NCBI GenBank assembly: GCA_000004695.1
Contig: CM000151.3
Location: 2,432,001 to 2,496,000 of the forward strand
Direction: 5' to 3'
From: Dictyostelium discoideum
Taxonomy: Eukaryota
Length of the DNA: 64,000 bases
The notes beneath the pieces are model-generated. The model was not told the origin of the DNA. It saw only the letters and a list, made by a program, of their open reading frames with translations, and made no database searches. The translations under genes and the position numbers were made by a program. This document shows positions 42,613 to 59,344 of this stretch, one piece after another; position 1 is the stretch's first letter; each line of letters begins with the position of its first letter.

Positions 42613-43374
42613 TTATTCCAAAGCGGTAGCAATGTAATCAGCTCTTAATGAGTAAACTTTGTTTTCATTCCAAGTGTAGAAAACACAATCAAAACCTTTG
42701 GTGGTAATATTTCTTGGTTGGACACCAATACGGGTTTGATTGGTGGCATCAGTACAATCGATTTGATCAAAGTTGAGAGCAACCTTTGGGAGAGTAGCAA
42801 ATTCAAATTGGAATTTAACTGGGACAACAACTTCACGTTTACCTGAACCGGTATTTAAGGCACAGTTATCACCAGTGTAAATATCTGCACCAACTTGAGT
42901 GACTGAGCTTTGTACTGGTTGAGTGTAGAATTCACATCTTAATGAAATGTGACCATTCCAGGTTAATGGGTGGATAGCAATTGAACGAGCTCTAATTGGA
43001 GTATCAAAGAAATGATTAACAACAGTGTTACGATCAGTTACACCAGTAACAGCAGCACCATTACGATATTCAAACCAGGAAACATTATCTAATGAATAAC
43101 GGATTTTGTATGATGTAACCCATTGATCAGCATCACCACGACCTTGGAGAGCAACACACATAAAAGTACGTGGAACTTCACAACCAGCAACAATGTATTG
43201 GTTGGTATCTACGATTGATGAACACCAAGCTTCTGAACCATCAATGGTATTGGTACCATTGTTTTTGTAGTTTAAGGCAGAATTAAATTGAGTGTGGACA
43301 CCATTGTAATTGGTTGAGGTTCTTAAATGGCATTGAGCATTTGCGAGGAGTTGAACTAAACCTTGGGTAGACAT
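42613..43374 (-). CDS. dscA: Discoidin I (N-terminal discoidin/F5-8 type C domain + C-terminal H-type lectin domain; RGD motif), 253 aa, single exon
   Basis: Translation [116 protein letters not shown]… matches my memory of D. discoideum discoidin I. Which discoidin I chain (A vs C/D) cannot be decided from memory, so the symbol is the family founder. Confidence 0.8.
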   Translation of the reverse strand: MSTQGLVQLLANAQCHLRTSTNYNGVHTQFNSALNYKNNGTNTIDGSEAWCSSIVDTNQYIVAGCEVPRTFMCVALQGRGDADQWVTSYKIRYSLDNVSWFEYRNGAAVTGVTDRNTVVNHFFDTPIRARSIAIHPLTWNGHISLRCEFYTQPVQSSVTQVGADIYTGDNCALNTGSGKREVVVPVKFQFEFATLPKVALNFDQIDCTDATNQTRIGVQPRNITTKGFDCVFYTWNENKVYSLRADYIATALE

Positions 43375-44087
43375 TTTATTTGTGTTGAATTTAATATTTA
43401 AAAGATAATTTGAATTAATGAAATTTTGATTTTCAATTTAATGATTAAAAAAAAAAAAAACTTCTTTTATTTATAGTTTTTTTTTTATTATTGATTTTTT
43501 AACACTATGAAGTTAAACTACTTTGTAATTAGATTTTATTTTTTTTTTAATTTTTTTTTTTTTTTTTTTTTGTAAACCAACCATGATTTATTTAGAAAAA
43601 AAAACCACTCACCATTTTTAACAGAGTGTGAAATTTCCTTATTTTATAAAAAAAAAATCAACACCACCCCTAAACTTAATGATATCCAAAAATTTAATGA
43701 AAAAAAAAATAATAATCAAAAAATTAATTTATTTTTGGTTAGTTTCTGAAAAGAAAAATCAACTTCACTCCAATAAACCACTTATTAATTTCAATCTTTG
43801 CATTTTTTTTTTTTTTTGTGTTTGGGCGTTAAAAAATAAATTTTAATAATTGATTTTATTTTTTTTTATTTTTAAATTTTTTTTTTTTTTTTTAATTTGA
43901 TTTGATTTGCTTGAATCCTTTTTTTTTTATTTAAAAATTTTTTTTTTAAATATTTGCACTTAATTTGGATTATCCAATGATTTTTTTTTTTTCTTAGATA
44001 ATACATTTTTACAATAACCACAAAAAAAAAAAAAAAATTAATAATCAAAAAAAAATTAATAATCAAAAAAAAAAAAAAAATCCAAAT

Positions 44088-44119
<32 letters not shown>

Positions 44120-44241
44120 GTGATTATCATAAAAATTAGTTATAAAAATAAAAAATAATAAAATAAAATAAAAACATTAATTTGTTTAAGATTTTTTTTT
44201 TTTTTTTTTTATTTTATTTTTATTTTTATTTTTATTTTTTT

Positions 44242-45994
44242 TTAGAGATCTTTTAAACTACTTTCACTAAATGTTGGAATTTGAATAGGTGGAGGTGGTA
44301 TATGTTTCATTTGTACTGCCATTTTCTTACCATACTTACAAACTATAGGTGGAGAGTAATCATTGATTCTTTTAAGTAAAAATACTTGAGTTCGAATTTT
44401 ATCATTTTCAATCTCGTCCACTATAATTTTAAAAAAGTCATTACATACTGGGGTTGAGCCACCAGATGTTATAATTGGTGTTGTTGTTGTTGTTGGTGCT
44501 GCTGCTGCTGTTGTTGTTGTATTAGTATTGATTTGGGTAATTGAAGTTGATGGTGGTGATGGTGAAGAAGATGATGAATTTGATGTTGAATTTGTATTTG
44601 ATGGTACCAATGGAGCTGAAGAAGTTGGTGTTGTTGTTGTTGTCACTGTATTTGTATTTATATTTTCATTTGTATTTGTATTTGAATTTGTATTTGAATT
44701 TGTATTTGAATTTGAATTTGAATTTGAAATCGAGTTATTTGCTGGAATTGAAGTTGAAGTTGTAGTTGAAGTTGAAGTTGAGGTTGAAGTTGGTTGAGAA
44801 ATTATAGGTGTAGGTATTGAACCTGTTATTGTATTTGGTGAAACTATTTTTAAAGATTGTGTACCATTTTGAGAAAGAATTGGAAAGAAGTATACCAAGT
44901 TACCTTGGTCATCCCTTTTAGAAATGATTGAATTTGATGAGAATACTCTTACAGAATCATGATAACCCAATTCATCGAGTAATTGATTCTTTTTTACATG
45001 TGATTGATTTTCTATTTTAAGTTTTGATATTATAATATCTCTATTTTTATTACTCTCTTTCTCTATGAATAATTGATCATTTAAATATTTATTTTTTTCT
45101 TTTAAAATCAATAATTGTTCCGATAAAAATTTATTCTTTTCTTTTGAAATCATTAATTCTTGATGATCTATTTTGTTGTGTGAATTATTATTATTATTAT
45201 TATTATTATTTAAATTATTGTTATTTGAATTATTATTGATATTATTTGGATTATTATTATTTGAACTATTATTATTGATATTATTGATATTATTATTATT
45301 ATTATTATTAATTTCATTATTCTTTGAAGAAGATGTAGTGGTTGAAGTAGTTATAAATTCTAAATCATTAAAATCTTCATTATAATCTTCAGAATCATCA
45401 TCTTGAAAATAATATTCATTTCTTGTGATTACATGATCAGAATCATCGTCAATATTTTTAAATTGTCTTTTTTTTAAAATTTGTGGTTGTGTGGTTAAGA
45501 TTGGTGAATCTTGTCTCCTTTTTTTACTTTCAATTTCATTTTTTTTATCGGGTGTTAAAATACCATTTTCAGTTTCTATTGTTACTTTCTTTGAAATTTC
45601 ACCTTCCTTAAAAAAAAACAATAAAAAAATAATAAAAAAATGTAAGTATAAAATTAAAATTTTTTTTTATTTTATTTTTTTTTTATTTTTTTCTGTATAT
45701 ATTTTTTTTAAATAAATAATTTTTTTTTTTTAAAAAAAATTAAATTAAATTTACTTTTGTTGGAGTATTTGAATAATTTTGTTTACTACTTCTTGAGGAC
45801 ATATTTTTAACTTTTGAAAAAATTTGATCTTGAGTGTATGATTTAAATCTTTCAATTTCAGCTAATGCTTCTACAACTTCTCTTTGATTGGCATAATTTC
45901 CTGATGCCCTATATTTTTCATAGTATTCAAATAATTCATTCCCAATATCAGATGGCCATATTACCTTTGTTCTTTTTGTGTTATCGGAATCCAT
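44242..45994 (-). CDS. Hypothetical protein with N/S/T-rich low-complexity core and a short coiled-coil; 2 exons 45994-45765 and 45606-44242
   Basis: Exon 1 MDSDNTKRTKVIWPSDIGNELFEYYEKYRASGNYANQREVVEALAEIERFKSYTQDQIFSKVKNMSSRSSKQNYSNTPTK, then donor GTAAAT; acceptor T9AAG. Exon 2 EGEISKKVTIETENG… through coiled-coil LMISKEKNKFLSEQLLILKEKNKYLNDQLFIEKESNK… to the C-terminal FFKIIVDEIENDKIRTQVFLLKRINDYSPPIVCKYGKKMAVQMKHIPPPP. Confidence 0.6.
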
Positions 45995-46541
45995 TGAATT
46001 GAAATTATTTTTATATATATGTCTAGATAATGTGGAAGTGTGTGCTTGTGTGAAGTAATATATATATATTTATATATAAATATCTCCAATATTTGTTTAA
46101 TGCATTGAAAAAAACCCAAAAAAAAGAAAATAAAATAAAAAAAAAAAAACCCAAAAAACAAAAAAAATAGTAAAATAAAAAAATTAAAAAATAATGAAAA
46201 AAAAAAAAAAATAATGAAAAAAAAAACCGTTGACTATAAAAAAAAAAAAAGGCTCCATTCTATTTTTTGTCGTTAGGACCTAATTTCAAAAAAAAAAGTG
46301 TAAAAAAAAAAAATTAAGGTGATTATTAAAAAACTATTTTTTTTTTTTTTAAGTGGGTCCACCCACTTTAAATTTTTTTAAAAGTTCAAGTTTAAATATA
46401 TATTTTATTTTAATCAAATAAAATAAAATAAATAAATAAATAAATAAATAAATTTCTTCACAGAATCACGTGATTTATTAAATTTAATAACACTTTTTTA
46501 TTTTTTTTTATTTTTTTTATTAACCGCCAATTTATTATTAG

Positions 46542-46599
<58 letters not shown>

Positions 46600-47031
46600 A
46601 AATCGGATGTCGTCGTGAAATAAAATTAAAATAAAAAAATAAAAAAGTAAAAAAAATATAAAATTAAAAAAATAAAAATTGAAAATAAAATAAAATTAAA
46701 TAAAAACAAAAGTTTTTTTTTTTTTTTTTTTATTTCCTATAAATTTTTCTTTTTTTCGTAAAGTAACACTGATTATCTTGGTTGTAAAAATTAATTTCGA
46801 TTAAAATTTATAAAAATAAACAACAAACAAAAAAAACAAGCTTTATTTTTAAAAATACTTTTTCGCAGAAATTTTTTTATTTTTTTTTATTTTTTTTTTA
46901 TTTTTTTTATTTTTTTTTTTTTAGCCCAAGTATAAAATGTTTTTTATTTATTTTTTTTTTCCAACATTAACAAATAACAACAAATAAATTAAATATATTA
47001 ATAAAAAAATAAAAATAAAAAAAAAAACAAA

Positions 47032-48045
47032 ATGGTTAAAATTGCAACAAGAAGTTCAACCAAATTATCAAAAAGAAATAGAGTCCAATTGTTTGACTTA
47101 CATGAATTACTCTACTCACCATTACCAAGAATTTATAAAAAAGTAAAAAAAACAACCTCACAAAAATCAATTTCAAAATCAAAATTTTCATCATCATCAC
47201 CAAAATTAATCATAAATAATAATATTCAACAACAACCAATTATTGCAAAACAAACACAACAACAAACACAACAACTAACACAACAACAAACACAACAACA
47301 AACACAACAACAAACACAACAAATTCAACAAACACAACAACAAACACAACCAATTATTCCAAACACAATATCAACATCAATTTATAGATTAATTGAATCA
47401 AATAGTGTTATTAATGGATCAACAATATGGGAAAATTGTAATACGATGGTTTTGACAAATTCAACAACTGATAAGATTGGATCATGTTTTTATAATAAAG
47501 AGATTAATATTGAAAATAAAAGTTGGATAAATGAATTTACATATACTGTTGAAACAAATGGTACTGATGGTTTAACATTTATATTACATAATTCAAAAGA
47601 GTCACCACAATCATATCAACATTATAAACTATTAGAAGGTGGTCAATTAGAATATAATGATGATCATTTAAATAGTGCAAATGGTGGTATATTAGCAATT
47701 GAATTTAAAACATCATTAAATGATAATATTAATTCACCAAATTCAAATCAAATAATAATTAAAACAAAAAATAATAATAATAATTTATTAACAAATGTAA
47801 TTCATAGTTATTCAATGACAAATAACTCAATTATAAATAATACAAATAATGTTAGAATTGAATATAATCATTTAAATTCATCAATTAAAATCATTTATAA
47901 TGGTCAAATCTTATTAACTAATATAGAAATACCATCTGCAAATATAACTTTCCCAAAATTTGCCTATTTTGGTTATACTGCCGCAACTGGTTATTGTATT
48001 CAAAAACAGTCAATTAGAAATTGTAAATTAACCTTAAATCAATAA
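47032..48045 (+). CDS. Protein with Q/T-rich repeat region and a C-terminal L-type (legume-like, ConA-fold) lectin domain; 337 aa, single exon
   Basis: Lectin-like blocks: TDGLTFILHNS (cf. legume ADGLAFFLAP), GGILAIEFKTSLNDN (cf. GG.LGVEFDT), and FAYFGYTAATGYCIQKQSIRN (cf. VGFSAATG…H.I.SW.F). An upstream (QQT)n is encoded by a caaacacaacaa repeat at 47260-47345. Confidence 0.5.
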   Translation: MVKIATRSSTKLSKRNRVQLFDLHELLYSPLPRIYKKVKKTTSQKSISKSKFSSSSPKLIINNNIQQQPIIAKQTQQQTQQLTQQQTQQQTQQQTQQIQQTQQQTQPIIPNTISTSIYRLIESNSVINGSTIWENCNTMVLTNSTTDKIGSCFYNKEINIENKSWINEFTYTVETNGTDGLTFILHNSKESPQSYQHYKLLEGGQLEYNDDHLNSANGGILAIEFKTSLNDNINSPNSNQIIIKTKNNNNNLLTNVIHSYSMTNNSIINNTNNVRIEYNHLNSSIKIIYNGQILLTNIEIPSANITFPKFAYFGYTAATGYCIQKQSIRNCKLTLNQ

Positions 48046-48366
48046 AATAAATAATAAAAAATAAAAAATAATTTTGTACAAATAATAATAAAATAAATAA
48101 ATTTTAATAAGGATCAATTGTAATGTTTTATTTTACAATTAATTGACAAATCAAATAGACCAATGTATTTTTTTTTTAAAAATTTAAGTAATTAAACCCA
48201 TGATCTCATTCTTTTTTTATAAATAAAAGTTTATCCATAAATAGTCGAAATACAAATTTGTAATTTATCATCTAAAAAATTTAGATTAAAATAATAAAAT
48301 TTTAATTTCTTAATTGAAAAAATAAAAAAAAAAAAAAATATTAAAAAATAATCAATAATTAAACAA

Positions 48367-48763
48367 ATGGGCATCATTGATAATATATCATATATTATAT
48401 CTATAACATACGTCAATGGTCGATTTCCTATAACTAGTGAAAGTTTTATATTATCAATTAAAGAGGAAGAACTTTATTGCAAGCCATTATCAAATAATTC
48501 AAATAACCCCTCTAAATTATTAATAGACTCTAAACCTTATATTAAAATTCAAGAGAAAACTTTTGAGCTTTCTTGCATTTAATGCCCCTAACTACTATTC
48601 TCCTGTAATGGTAATTCATGAAATTGATTATTGCGAACCAGATGATAGTTTCTCAAGATACTCATACAAAGAATCATTTTGTGTAGCAAACGTTAATTGT
48701 AATCCAATGGTTGGTTTGGCTTTTAAAACTTGTGATGGGCTAAAGTTTTTTAAAAAAAAATAA
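48367..48763 (+). CDS. Small Cys-motif protein family member (copy 1), split across two frames (48367-48582 and 48563-48763)
   Basis: Frame a: …LIDSKPYIKIQEKTFELSCI*. Frame b: …VMVIHEIDYCEPDDSFSRYSYKESFCVANVNCNPMVGLAFKTCDGLKFFKKK*. Copy 2 has both halves in one frame, so copy 1 carries a frameshift or short indel. Confidence 0.4.
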
Positions 48764-49019
48764 CTCAATAAATAAATTTACAATTAAATTTTTCTTATTC
48801 AATTTTGTTTTATTTGAAGTTGTGGTTATTTTATTTTTTTATTTTTTTATTTATTTATTTATTTTTTTATTTTATTTATATTTTTTTTAAAATAAAATGA
48901 ATAATTAATATATTTGCCATAAAGAATAAAAATAATTTAATTGAGTAAAATAATAATGTAAACAAAAATTATAAAATAAGAATTGTTTTATTTATAATAA
49001 TTATTTTCAAAAGACACAA

Positions 49020-49310
49020 ATTCCTACCCAAGATTTGATATAATCACTGCCCCTTATATTAAAATTGTGAATAAAACATTTGAAATTTCCTGTACTAATA
49101 TTAATTCCCATTATGGTATTCCAAATACAATGAAAATTTATCAAATCGATTACTGTGAACCAGATGATACTTCCCAAGATACTCATATAAAGAATCATTT
49201 TGTATAGCAAATGTAAATCGTACTCCAAATTTGTGTTTGCATTTTAAACTTTGTGAAGTATTACATTTTATAAAAAATGAATTTAAAACTAAAAAATAAC
49301 AAAAATAAAC
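49020..49310 (+). pseudogene. Cys-motif family copy 2 (frameshifted after CEPDD)
   Basis: …APYIKIVNKTFEISCTNINSHYGIPNTMKIYQIDYCEPDDTSQDTHIKNHFV*, with the continuation YFPRYSYKESFCIANVNRTPNLCLHFKLCEVLHFIKNEFKTKK* in the +1 frame. Homologous to copy 1 at nucleotide level. Confidence 0.45.
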
Positions 49311-49625
49311 AAAACAATTTCACTATTTTTTATTTTTATAATTTTTTAAAATTTTTATTTTTTAAAACTAAAAATTAAGTTTCTTTGTATGATATAACTA
49401 TCCAATTCTAATTTTAATCTTTTAATATTAAAAGGTTTGAAAATAAAACAATATAATTATATATTTAATAATTAAGTTGTTTTACAAATATTTATCATTG
49501 ACAATTTTTTAAAATTCAAAATAAAAAAAAAAAAAAAAAAAAAAAAAAAGGTATTTAATAAACATAATAAAGAGATTAGACCATTTCTAAACTAAAATTA
49601 AAATTTATTTACTGAGAGATTTATT

Positions 49626-49800
49626 GGTCATTTTTTAAAAATTCTAATATTTGTAATTTTTTAAAATAAAAACAAGCATTTGGAGAAAGACCCATGTTTG
49701 CTATACAAAATGATTCTTTTGCATGAGTATCTTCAGAAGTTACCATCTGAATCTTTTGATAATGGTTTGTAAAAAAAATAGTCATCTTTAATTGTTACAA
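49626..49800 (-). pseudogene. Cys-motif family copy 3 (minus strand, C-terminal part only)
   Basis: Minus strand reads …QMVTSEDTHAKESFCIANMGLSPNACFYFKKLQILEFLKNDQ*, sharing (D/S)THxKESFC(I/V)AN with copies 1 and 2. Confidence 0.4.
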
Positions 49801-50068
49801 TAAAATGTTGATAAATAACATTAATATTAAGACTATTATGATTGAAAGAACTACAAATAATATATGATACTTTTTCTGTTTTGACCATTCAATTTCTGTT
49901 TATATTTTTTATTATTATTTTTTTTTTTTTAAACAAAATAATTTTCCAAAATGTTGATAAATAAAGTTAATTTTTATTATTATTATTTGAGGGATCTTTA
50001 TTAAAACTTTATTTGGAAAACAATTATACAAAGGGTTATTTTAAAATTATTTCCTTATTTATCAAATA

Positions 50069-50101
<33 letters not shown>

Positions 50102-50221
50102 CATTTATTTAATTTCAAAAAATATAATCTGTAGAGTTTATAATACTTTTAATTAATTTTTAAATATTTTTTTTTTTATTTTATTTTATTAAATAAAGAA
50201 CACAATGGAAAAATACATTTG

Positions 50222-50439
50222 AAATTAAATGCCGTAGCCATGACCCTATTAAAGAAGTTGATTTTAGAATGGGTGAAATTCAATATATTGAACCAAATAA
50301 AAGTGTCACGAGATTTAGTGCTAAAGATTCATTTTGTATTGTCAACATGCAAAGAAATCCAAAAATATATTTATATTTTAATTTTTGTAATCCAAAAGAA
50401 TTGATTGATAATAAAATTAAAAATGAAAGTACAAAGTAA
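50222..50439 (+). CDS. Cys-motif family copy 4 (divergent)
   Basis: FEIKCRSHDPIKEVDFRMGEIQYIEPNKSVTRFSAKDSFCIVNMQRNPKIYLYFNFCNPKELIDNKIKNESTK* preserves the (Y)IEP…SFC(I)VN…NP…C…C spacing. Confidence 0.4.
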
Positions 50440-50778
50440 ATCAATAAAATTTTTTTTTTTTTATTAAATAAATAAAAAAACAATTGACCTAAATAATAAT
50501 TTTTTTAATAATAATATATCTTAATATACATTCAAAAAAAAAGAAATATATAATTTTTTTTTTTTTTTTTTTTTTCCAAGCAACTCCATTTTAATTTTTT
50601 TTTTTTTTTATTTATTTTTTAATTTTTTTTTTTTTTTATTTTTTTTTTTTTATTTTTTTTTTTTTTTTTAATTAAATTTTTTGCTGTTCACAAAATTTTT
50701 TTTTTTTTAATTTTTTCATTTTTTATTTTTTTATTTTTTTTTTTTTATTTCATCACAAATACATATTAAACATACAAA

Positions 50779-50895
50779 ATGTCACACGAACATGTTAACT
50801 TTCCAGTATATGGACAAGTAGATTACTTTAAACAACAACAACCACAACAACCACAATATAATCCACATTTAGGTGGAAAACAAAAAACATTGTAA

Positions 50896-50931
<36 letters not shown>

Positions 50932-51280
50932 CACATAATCATCAAATAAACTGATAAATAAAATAAAAAAAAAAAATAACCAATAAAAACAAACACTTAT
51001 TAATTTATCTATTTAAATAATTATAATGAATCATTTTATTTAGAGACCCAATTGTTACAGGTACATCAGTTATTGCAATTAAATATGATAAAGGTGTTGT
51101 AATGGGTTCAGATATGTTATTATCATATGGTTCATTAGCAAGATTTAATAGCACTGAAAGAATGAAGAAATTTGGTGGCTATACTATTGTTGGTGCAAGT
51201 GGTGAATATAGTGATTTTCAATCAATTACAAATACTCTTAATGATTTAGTGTATGTAATAATTTTATATAAAATCTATAT

Positions 51281-51371
<91 letters not shown>

Positions 51372-52020
51372 ATATTATTAATTATATGATTTACTAATTT
51401 ACATTTTCATTTTTTTATTTTATTTTATTTTGAAATAATATAGTACTGATGATCATTGTATGGATGATGGTTCAAAATTAAGTTCAGAAGAAATCTGGAA
51501 TTATTTAGCTCGTGTTTTATACAATCAAAGAAATAGAGGTAATCCACTCTGGAATACTTTAGTTGTTATGGGTTATCAAGGTGGTAAAAGGTAAAAATTT
51601 TAATTTTTAATTTTTTATTTTTTTTAAAATTATTATTATTATTATATTTATATTTATATTAATATAATGTAAAATTTTAAATACATTTTTATTTTTTTTT
51701 ATTTTAGCTTTTTAGGTAAAGTTGATTTAGTTGGAACTTGTTACAAAGATGATATTATTACAACTGGTTATGGTTCACATATTGCATTACCATTATTAAG
51801 AAAAGCAAGAGATGAAAATCCAAATATGAATTTAGAACAAGCTAAACAATTAATTCAAGATTGTTTAAGAGTACTTTTTTACAGAGATGCTAGATCTTCT
51901 AAAAAGATTCAAATCTCTGTCGCTGGTGAAGAAGGTATTGAAATTTCTGGTCCAATTGAATTAGATACTTTCCATTGGAATAGTGGTGAAGCTGCTGTTA
52001 AAAATTTTAGTCAAGTTTAA
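50779..52020 (+). CDS. psmB4: Proteasome subunit beta type-4 (beta7); 4 exons 50779-50891, 51044-51250, 51444-51590, 51708-52020
   Basis: Exon 2 …IVTGTSVIAIKYDKGVVMGSDMLLSYGSLARFNSTERMKKFGGYTIVGASGEYSDFQSI…, exon 3 …WNYLARVLYNQRNRGNPLWNTLVVMGYQGGK, and exon 4 SFLGKVDLVGTCYKDDIITTGYGSHIALPLLRKA…RVLFYRDARSSKKIQISV…IEISGP align with human PSMB4 (TGTSVLGVKF…SYGSLARF…, NPLWNTMVIGGY, ESFLGYVDMLG…TGYGAYLAQPLLR, RVLYYRDARS). Donors GTAAAT, GTATGT, GTAAAA and T-rich AG acceptors, phases checked. Intron 2 carries a (TAA)n. Confidence 0.85.
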
Positions 52021-52198
52021 AATTTTTTTTTTATTATTTTTCATCATATAATTATAAAATGTAACCTCAATTAATCAAAACATAAAACCACAAGTAATAA
52101 TAATAATAATAAAAAAAAAAACAAAAACAAAAAAAAAATTAAATAAAAAAAAAATATAATAATATATTGTAGATAAAAGTTTAAAAAATTTATTACAA

Positions 52199-53276
52199 TT
52201 AGTTTGTAGTAGTTGTAGTAGTTGTAGCAGTGGTTTGTATTTTATTAAAATTTAATCTAATATAATCTCTTGATAATAAATCTGCTTGTCTAATTGATTC
52301 AGGTACTCTGTATGGTGAAGTTAATTTAACAACCTTTAAAGCTGTCTCTAATGAAATTCGGTGTCCCACTGAAACATAAATTGGATTCTTACAGTTACTA
52401 TTACTTAATATTGCTGAACCCCAAATTCTACCACTTTCACCTTTTAATGGAACTTCTATATTTATATCTTCTCTTATATTATTATTATTGTTTTTAATTT
52501 TATTATTTTTATTATTTTTATTATTATTGGGTGAGGGTGTTGTTGTTACATCAGTGGTAGTTGTTGTTGATAAATATTTTAATCTTTCAGATTCAACTTT
52601 TGATTTTATTTCTTTTGTTGATAAACCATCAACATGAAAGAAAGTTTTACCAACACCGATTGTTGGAATATCAATTAAAACACCTAAATGAGAAGCTAAA
52701 CCGAATCCACGTGGATGTAGAATACCATTACCATCAATCATTATAATTTGAGGTAATAAATGGTTATAGGTTATTGATTGTTTTAATTTATTAATTAATT
52801 TAATTAAATGAGGAGTTTCTCTAAATGCTAAAAATCCTGGAATATATAATTCACTTAATTTAACAAATTCAATATCTTTATAAACTATTTTCAATGATGG
52901 ATATTCTATTACAATTAATGATGCACATGCATCAATATCATTATCTTTTACAAAACTAATATCAACACCACCAATATATTTCAATGTTGTATTCATTTTA
53001 TTTTCATCATCAATTTTAAAATTAAAATCATCTTTTTCAATTAAACTTTTCTTTAATTCATTTTGAATTCTAAAAAAAAAAAAAAATAAATAAATAAAAA
53101 ATATAAAAAAGAAAAAAAATGTTAGAAATTAAATTATTACTTTATTAAAAAAAAAAAAAAAAAAAAAGTTTACTTTACTCTATCCATTTATCTTGTTGTT
53201 CAATTTCTTCTTTTGTTAATTGTTTAGGTTGAGAGTTAGTTGTTGTTGTTGTGGTTATTGGTTGTTGTTCTGACAT
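52199..53276 (-). CDS. Endonuclease V (deoxyinosine 3' endonuclease) homologue; 2 exons approx. 53276-53196 and ~53067-52199
   Basis: Exon 2 IGGVDISF…[17 protein letters not shown]…[36 protein letters not shown]… carries the conserved EndoV motifs (GVDxSF, PYIPGxLAFRE, DGxGxxHPRxxGxAxHxG, PxIGxxK). Exon 1 [32 protein letters not shown], donor GTAAAG. A T/N-rich low-complexity insert ([29 protein letters not shown]) precedes the C-terminal [11 protein letters not shown]. Confidence 0.75.
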
Positions 53277-53604
53277 TTTTTATGTAATAAATTGTCTCAA
53301 AATTAAAAATAAAAATAAAAATCTCACTAATTTCCCTTTGGATATTTTTTATTTAATTGGAGAAAAAAAAAATATTTTCATTTTTTTTTTTTTTTTTTTT
53401 TTTTTTGAATGAATCATTCTGTTTTTTTAATTTAATTTTTTTTAATTGTTTTTTATTTTAAGAAAAACGAGTAGGGAATAAAATATATAAAACATTATTG
53501 AATATTTTAATCAACTGAAATAAAAAAAATAAAAAATTAAAAAAAATAAAAAATTATTCCTATTATTTGAAAAAAGAAAATTTATTTTTATCTTTTTGTT
53601 TATT

Positions 53605-54048
53605 TTAATTTGTTTTTAAAGTTAATTTATATTGATATGTAAATTTACTACCCATAAAAACAAAACCACCATTATATAATTTAACAGTACTTGAACTAGT
53701 GGGAATTGAATCATTGCTTTTACAATCTTCATAATAAAAAGTACCACTACTACCACTAACAACTTTATATTCAATATGAAGATTTTCACCAGAATTAAAA
53801 ACACAAACATTATTTGGATCACTGAAAAATGTTGAACCAGTTCCTTTTGAAAATGTATTATTATATGAACTTATAACTTTATCATTTTGTAATAATTCTG
53901 CTAATAAGATAACAACTTGTGAACCATTATCAAGAGTTTGTGAAATTGGTGGTAAATTGCATTTTTGACCAAACATTTGAGAATTTGATAAATTACATAA
54001 TGAAAGTAATGATAATAAAACAATGATTAAAGTAAATGAATATTTCAT
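53605..54048 (-). CDS. Small secreted protein (147 aa) with signal peptide, unknown family
   Basis: MKYSFTLIIVLLSLLSLCNLSNSQ followed by a Cys-containing, Ser/Thr-rich body; single ORF. Confidence 0.55.
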   Translation of the reverse strand: MKYSFTLIIVLLSLLSLCNLSNSQMFGQKCNLPPISQTLDNGSQVVILLAELLQNDKVISSYNNTFSKGTGSTFFSDPNNVCVFNSGENLHIEYKVVSGSSGTFYYEDCKSNDSIPTSSSTVKLYNGGFVFMGSKFTYQYKLTLKTN

Positions 54049-54641
54049 TTTTTTTTTTTTTTTTTTTTTATTATTAAAAAGATTGATTCTATTTTATTTT
54101 ACAATTAAAAATAATAAAAAAAAAAAAATTGATTAAATAGGTTTTCAAAAAAAAAATAAAAAAAAAAGTAAAATTAAAAAAAAAACATATATATCTCAGT
54201 TTAAGAATAAAAAAGTATCAATTTTTATTTTTATTTTTTTTTATTATTGGAAAAAGAAAAATAAAAGATAATTTAGTATAAAATATTTCAAACAAATAGT
54301 TTTTTTTAACAATTTAATTATATTAAATTATTTTTATTTTTTTTAATTTTTCTTTAATCTTTTTTTTTTTTTTTTGTGCATTCACATGAATAACCAATTT
54401 AATTATATTAAATTATTTTTTATTTTTTTATTTTAAGTTTACCCACACTGTTTTAACTCAATCACAAAACTCAGATTTAATAATGTAATTAATTTTTAAG
54501 TTTACCCACACCCAAAATATTTTTTTTTTTTTTTTTTCATTTTTTTTTTTTTTGTTTGATGGTAGTAACATTCAAATTATAAACCCAAAAAAAAAAAAAA
54601 AATAAAAAAAAAAATATTCATTTTTTTTTTTTTATTTTTCA

Positions 54642-54673
<32 letters not shown>

Positions 54674-54797
54674 AATAACAATTTAAATTTAATTTTTAAT
54701 ATGAATTTAGTATAGATAAATAAAACACACAAAAATACACATCAATATTATTATTTTTATATATATATTTTTTTAATTTTTGTTTTGAAATTAATAG

Positions 54798-54831
<34 letters not shown>

Positions 54832-54834
54832 AAA

Positions 54835-59344
<4,510 letters not shown>

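Noticed and set aside
42645-42836. 63-aa minus-strand ORF inside the discoidin gene
   Set aside because: Alternative frame fully nested in the well-supported discoidin I CDS.
44528-45385. Plus-strand ORFs antisense to the 44242-45621 gene
   Set aside because: Repetitive EFEF/VVVV/LLLL products from antisense of AAT/ACA/TCA codon repeats.
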